Below are positions 59,833-64,000 of a stretch of DNA of 64,000 nt, one piece after another (the stretch's first letter is position 1; every line of letters starts with the position of its first letter). Made by a program: the position numbers and the translations under genes. The notes beneath the pieces were generated by a model. It worked only from the letters and a program-made list of their open reading frames with translations. It did no database searches and had not been told where the DNA came from. The stretch lies in contig CAZSCV010000001.1 in the NCBI GenBank assembly GCA_964605525.1, positions 172,645 through 236,644 on the forward strand, given 5' to 3'. Source of the DNA: an uncultured Bdellovibrionales bacterium (GTDB taxonomy: Bacteria > Patescibacteriota > Minisyncoccia > Moranbacterales > UBA9337).

Positions 59833-61053
59833 ATGATGAAATTTTCTGACATTTTCAAGCTTTCGATTCGAATGTTTCGAGCGCGAACCTCAAGAACGCT
59901 TTTGACTATTCTCGGAATGAGTATTGGTATCGGAGCGATTTTATTGTTGGTTTCTTTGGGATATGGATTACAAAAAACATTACTGGAAAAAATAACCACA
60001 GCTGATTCGCTTTTGACTTTGGATATAAGCGAAGCTAATCTTGGGTTGGTTTCCCTGGATAAAACAATAGTGGAGAAAATTAAAAATATGGAGGGTGTTG
60101 ATGAGGTTAGTCCGGCGTTTCAAATTTTGGCGCAAGGAAATGTGGATAACTTATCTGCTGATATGAATATTTTGGGCACTACTCCCGGATATTTGAAACT
60201 TGGGGGAGTAGAAATTGAAAAAGGAGAAATGATCAATGATGCAAATAAAGATGGAATCGTGATTACTTCAGCCCTGGCGGGAATTCTTGGAAAAGATGCG
60301 CAAGATCTTATTGGCAAGGATATGGAGTTTACTTATTACATTCCAAAAATAAATTCTTCCAATGAAAAATACGATGACGGATTGAATGATACTTACGATA
60401 TGAAAAAATCAGACAAAAAATTTTTGATTATCGGAACTATCCAAAGTGACACAAGCATGGCTTATGTCCATGTAGATACTTTGTCCGATTTAAATATCGA
60501 AAAATATTCACAGGTTAAGGTTAAATGTAAGAACACTACAGTAATGGCATCTATCCGAGATAATATTTTGGCGGAAGGTTTGCTGGTTTCTTCTTTGTCA
60601 GACACAGTTGATCAGGCCAATCAGATTTTTAATGTGGTAAAAATAATTTTGATGCTTTTTGGCGTAGTGGCGCTGGTGGTTAGCGCGATTGGGATGTTTA
60701 ATACAATGACAATTGCTCTTTTGGAAAGAACCGAGGAAATTGGAATTATGAAATCAATCGGAGCCTCCAATACTAGTATTTCTATGATGTTCGTGATGGA
60801 GTCGACGATTATGGGATTTTTGGGAGGGATTATGGGAATTTTAATCGGATTGATCGGCGGAGAAATTTTCGATTTTGGAGTGAACATGATTGCGAGCCGT
60901 TTCGGAGGAGAGTCTGTTGATTTGTTTTATACTCCGCTTTGGTTTATCGGACTGATTATCGGTTTTGCCGCCGCTGTCGGTTTTATGACCGGAGTAGTTC
61001 CGGCAAGGCGCGCCAGCAGTATCGACCCGCTGGACGCATTAAGATATAAATAG
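59833..61053 (+). CDS. MacB/FtsX-type ABC permease
   Basis: RTLLTILGMSIGI, ERTEEIGIMKSIGA, PARRAS.IDP..ALRY. Confidence 0.92.
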   Translation: MMKFSDIFKLSIRMFRARTSRTLLTILGMSIGIGAILLLVSLGYGLQKTLLEKITTADSLLTLDISEANLGLVSLDKTIVEKIKNMEGVDEVSPAFQILAQGNVDNLSADMNILGTTPGYLKLGGVEIEKGEMINDANKDGIVITSALAGILGKDAQDLIGKDMEFTYYIPKINSSNEKYDDGLNDTYDMKKSDKKFLIIGTIQSDTSMAYVHVDTLSDLNIEKYSQVKVKCKNTTVMASIRDNILAEGLLVSSLSDTVDQANQIFNVVKIILMLFGVVALVVSAIGMFNTMTIALLERTEEIGIMKSIGASNTSISMMFVMESTIMGFLGGIMGILIGLIGGEIFDFGVNMIASRFGGESVDLFYTPLWFIGLIIGFAAAVGFMTGVVPARRASSIDPLDALRYK

Positions 61054-61055
61054 AT

Positions 61056-61991
61056 ATGAAATTGATTAAAGGCAGGGAAATTGCGGATAAAATTTTGAGG
61101 GAAGTTAGCGGTGGAATTGGAGCAGAAAGACTGATTCCTGGTTTAGGCGTAGTTTTGGTAGGAAATGACCAAGCTTCAAAAATTTATGTCGGCTTAAAAG
61201 AAAAGGCGGCTCGCGATGTTGGAGTGAATTTTTTCAAAGCCGAATTCGATTCAGATGAAGATGAAAAAAATATTTTGAAAAAAATAGAGAAATTCAATGC
61301 TGATGAAAAAGTGCATGGAATAATCGTCCAGCTTCCGCTTCCGAAAAAATTTGACACGCAAAAAATAATCAACTCAATCAGCCCCAAAAAAGATGTTGAC
61401 GGTTTTTGTCCGGAAAATATAGAAAAATTTTTAAAAGGTTTTGGAAATATTTTTCCGGTTTTTCCCGGCGCGATCATGGCAATGATTGAATCGGTCGCGG
61501 AAACAAAGCATCGTTCCAATTTTGCGGAAAAAAGAAAAGGTGTGGTTGTTTGCAATTCGGATATTTTCGGAAAAATAATGGTTGAAGCCTTAAGAAGAAA
61601 AGGAATTAAAGGGGAATATGTCCTAGTAAAGGAATTAAGGGAGGGGAAAGAAAAAAAGGGGGAAGAAGAAAGAGAAAGAGAAAAGGGAGAGGAAATAAAA
61701 ATAGGGATGGAGGAAAAAAATGGATTGATGAAATTTGAAAAATTAAAAGAAACGGATGTTTTGGTTTCGGCTTGTGGAATTTCTAATTTTATAATAAGTG
61801 AAATGGTTAAAGATGGAGCGATTGTGATTGATGGAGGAATAACAAAAATTGACGGAAAAGTTGTCGGAGATGTTGATTTTGAGTCGGTGAAAAATCGGGA
61901 TATTTTTCTTTCCCCGGTTCCGGGCGGAGTCGGACCAATGACGGTTGCTATGCTTATTAAAAATGTTTGGCTATTGTCGAAAAACAAATAG
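61056..61991 (+). CDS. folD: Bifunctional methylenetetrahydrofolate dehydrogenase/cyclohydrolase (divergent)
   Basis: HGIIVQLPLP, KDVDG, GDVDF, SPVPGGVGPMTVAML. Confidence 0.9.
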   Translation: MKLIKGREIADKILREVSGGIGAERLIPGLGVVLVGNDQASKIYVGLKEKAARDVGVNFFKAEFDSDEDEKNILKKIEKFNADEKVHGIIVQLPLPKKFDTQKIINSISPKKDVDGFCPENIEKFLKGFGNIFPVFPGAIMAMIESVAETKHRSNFAEKRKGVVVCNSDIFGKIMVEALRRKGIKGEYVLVKELREGKEKKGEEEREREKGEEIKIGMEEKNGLMKFEKLKETDVLVSACGISNFIISEMVKDGAIVIDGGITKIDGKVVGDVDFESVKNRDIFLSPVPGGVGPMTVAMLIKNVWLLSKNK

Positions 61992-62053
61992 GCTGTTTTT
62001 TGGCTGAAAATACGGGTAATAAAAAAAGAGCATACTTTGAGTATGTTCTTTTT

Positions 62054-62138
62054 TGGTGCCGATGGAGAGACTCGAACTCTCATGAGCAAGCCCACACGAT
62101 TTTGAGTCGTGCGTGTATACCAATTCCACCACATCGGC
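62054..62138 (-). tRNA. tRNA-Leu(CAA)
   Basis: GCCGATG acceptor stem, anticodon loop CT-CAA-AA, long variable arm, GTTCGAGTC T-loop, encoded CCA. Confidence 0.95.
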
Positions 62139-62203
62139 CTGTTAATTCACTACTTCAGAATAGGCAATTGAAAGGTTTTTGTCAATGTAGTATAATAAAT
62201 AAT

Positions 62204-63025
62204 ATGGCAAAAATAATATCATTAATCAATCAGAAAGGCGGAGTGGGAAAAACCACGACGGCGGTCAATTTGGCAACGTACTTGGCGGATGAAGGCAAGG
62301 CGGTTCTTTTGGTTGACTTGGATCCGCAAGGAAATGCTTCTTCGGGATCAGGAGTGGATATTCGAAATTTGGATAAGAGTTTGTACAAGGCTATGATTAA
62401 TCGCAATAATCCGCGCAGTGTTATTTCCAAATCAAGATCCGGTTATGATATAATTTCTTCCTCTCCGGAATTGGCCGGAGCAGGCGTGGAAATGATTCAT
62501 TTGGATAATCGGGAATTTCGATTGTATGATGTTTTGCGCCAAATCAGGTCGGATTATGATTATATTATAATCGATAGTCCTCCGAGTTTGGGATTGCTGA
62601 CAATTAATGGATTGGTGGCAAGCGATGAAGTTCTTATTCCCGTGCAAACCGAATATTACGCACTGGAAGGTTTGAGTCAGCTATTGGAAACGATTGAATT
62701 GGTGCGGGAAAATTTGCAGCCTCAGTTGAAAATTATGGGGGCGGTTCTTACAATGTACGACCGGAGAAACAGGTTGTCGCGCCAGGTTGTGACAGAAGTG
62801 AAGAATCATTTTCCCGGGCATGTTTTTGAGAGTGTTATTCCAAGGAGCGTGCGTTTGGCGGAAGCCCCAAGTTTCGGTAAATCTATTTTAAGTTTCGATT
62901 CATTTTCCAAGGGTGCGCGTGCATATAAAAGTTTAGCAAAAGAAGTTATCCAGCGGACGAAAAATGAGGAAAAAAAATCCGTTCAAGGCGGAGCCGCTTC
63001 CGGAGGAAAAAGGTTTATTGTATAA
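62204..63025 (+). CDS. parA: Chromosome partitioning ATPase ParA/Soj
   Basis: NQKGGVGKTTTAVNL, DLDPQGNAS, IIDSPPSLG, RSVRLAEAPSFG; start at 62204. Confidence 0.96.
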   Translation: MAKIISLINQKGGVGKTTTAVNLATYLADEGKAVLLVDLDPQGNASSGSGVDIRNLDKSLYKAMINRNNPRSVISKSRSGYDIISSSPELAGAGVEMIHLDNREFRLYDVLRQIRSDYDYIIIDSPPSLGLLTINGLVASDEVLIPVQTEYYALEGLSQLLETIELVRENLQPQLKIMGAVLTMYDRRNRLSRQVVTEVKNHFPGHVFESVIPRSVRLAEAPSFGKSILSFDSFSKGARAYKSLAKEVIQRTKNEEKKSVQGGAASGGKRFIV

Positions 63026-63117
63026 ATTTTTAAAGATACAAAGATACAAAAAACAAGATACAAAATATAAAATTAAAAAACTTTTTATTTTTTGTTTCTT
63101 GATTATTTTAAAATGTT

Positions 63118-64000
63118 ATGGCGCAAGAATATGGTTTGGGAAGGGGATTGGCTTCGCTGATACCGCAAAAAAATAAGTCGAGTGAAGATACGGCAGAATT
63201 TTCTTTAAACGGAAATTCTTCCGGAAGAGTTCGCGATGAAAATGGGAGCGGGGCGGAAAATGATCCAAATGAGGTTTCAATTGAAAAAATACAAACTAAT
63301 CCATACCAGCCGCGAACAAATTTCGATCAAGAAAAATTAGAAGAATTGGCAAAATCGATCAAAAATCATGGAATTATCCAGCCGCTGGTAGTGAGTCGGC
63401 AGGGGAATGGTTTTGAATTGATCGCCGGAGAAAGGAGATTTCAAGCCGCGAAACTTGCCGGACTGGAAAAAGTTCCAGTTGTTATCCGCCAAATTGACGA
63501 CAAGCAAAAATTAGAAATGGCAATAATTGAAAATGTCCAGCGCCATAATCTTAATCCGATTGAGGAGGCGCGCGCATACAAGCGCTTGATGGATGATTTT
63601 CAAATGAATCAAGAAGAAACGGCGGAAAGAATGGGAAAAAATCGCAGTAGTGTGGCAAATAAATTGCGGCTTTTGCAACTGCCGGCTTTGGCGCAAAAAG
63701 CGCTTGTTGAAGGGAGGATTACTGAAGGGCATGCAAAAGCTCTCTTGGCAGTGGAAGGTCAGGAAAAACAGTTGATGCTTCTTGAAATGATTTTAAAAAA
63801 TAATTTGACGGTTCGCCAATCAGAAAGTAAGAGTCAGGAAATAACAGTAAAAACTCATAATCGAAAAATGAAAGTTGATCCGGAAACAAAAAATTTGGAG
63901 AATCGCCTGGCTGATTTTTTTGGAACTAAGGTAAAAATAAAAAGTTCCGGAACTTCCGGAGGGAAAATTTTAATCGAATATTATTCCGATGAAGAATTGG
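63118..64000 (+). CDS. parB: ParB/Spo0J partition protein (runs off the window; not in ORF track)
   Basis: GLGRGLASLIP, NPYQPR, GIIQPL, IAGERRFQA, IENVQR. Confidence 0.95.
   Translation, partial: MAQEYGLGRGLASLIPQKNKSSEDTAEFSLNGNSSGRVRDENGSGAENDPNEVSIEKIQTNPYQPRTNFDQEKLEELAKSIKNHGIIQPLVVSRQGNGFELIAGERRFQAAKLAGLEKVPVVIRQIDDKQKLEMAIIENVQRHNLNPIEEARAYKRLMDDFQMNQEETAERMGKNRSSVANKLRLLQLPALAQKALVEGRITEGHAKALLAVEGQEKQLMLLEMILKNNLTVRQSESKSQEITVKTHNRKMKVDPETKNLENRLADFFGTKVKIKSSGTSGGKILIEYYSDEEL

Noticed and set aside
61184-62134. 316-aa minus-strand ORF
   Set aside because: Antisense shadow of folD that starts inside tRNA-Leu.
61967-62203. N-terminal extension of ParA
   Set aside because: Reads through the antisense of tRNA-Leu; the conserved ParA start is ATG 62204.
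1-64000. Alternative genetic code (TGA=Gly, as in Gracilibacteria/Absconditabacteria)
   Set aside because: Conserved genes are full length under code 11, and argS, recA and the DksA-like gene end naturally at TGA.

Overview
AT-rich bacterial chromosomal window read with the standard code (several genes end in TGA). Gene content and style point to a CPR/Patescibacteria genome, probably Parcubacteria such as Moranbacteria; this is inference. Housekeeping backbone: lspA, comM, rsmA, thiI, pth, infC-rpmI-rplT, tmRNA-smpB, argS, ileS, recO, tgt, infA-rpmJ-rpsK-rpsM-rpsD-rpoA-rplQ-rplM-rpsI, ftsK-rodZ-recA, uppP, folD, tRNA-Leu(CAA), parA-parB. Main unusual items: (1) A ~6 kb accessory island (about 990-7170) with three degenerate attC-like hairpins and no integrase in the window. 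It also has a second gene-associated repeat family, RhuM, a sodium:solute symporter cassette, an OLD-like ATPase/nuclease and a dif-like site at its edge. (2) A regulator-flanked cluster of methyltransferase, polyprenyl synthase and UbiA. (3) Two secreted fibre-like genes with a near-identical 5' region and divergent Cys-rich tips, next to tmRNA. (4) rpsK and rpsM in swapped order, with a duplicated 24-bp leader. (5) Two long intergenic hairpins, plus small palindromic and heptamer repeats that even enter coding frames. All product calls come from motif recognition, not database searches.
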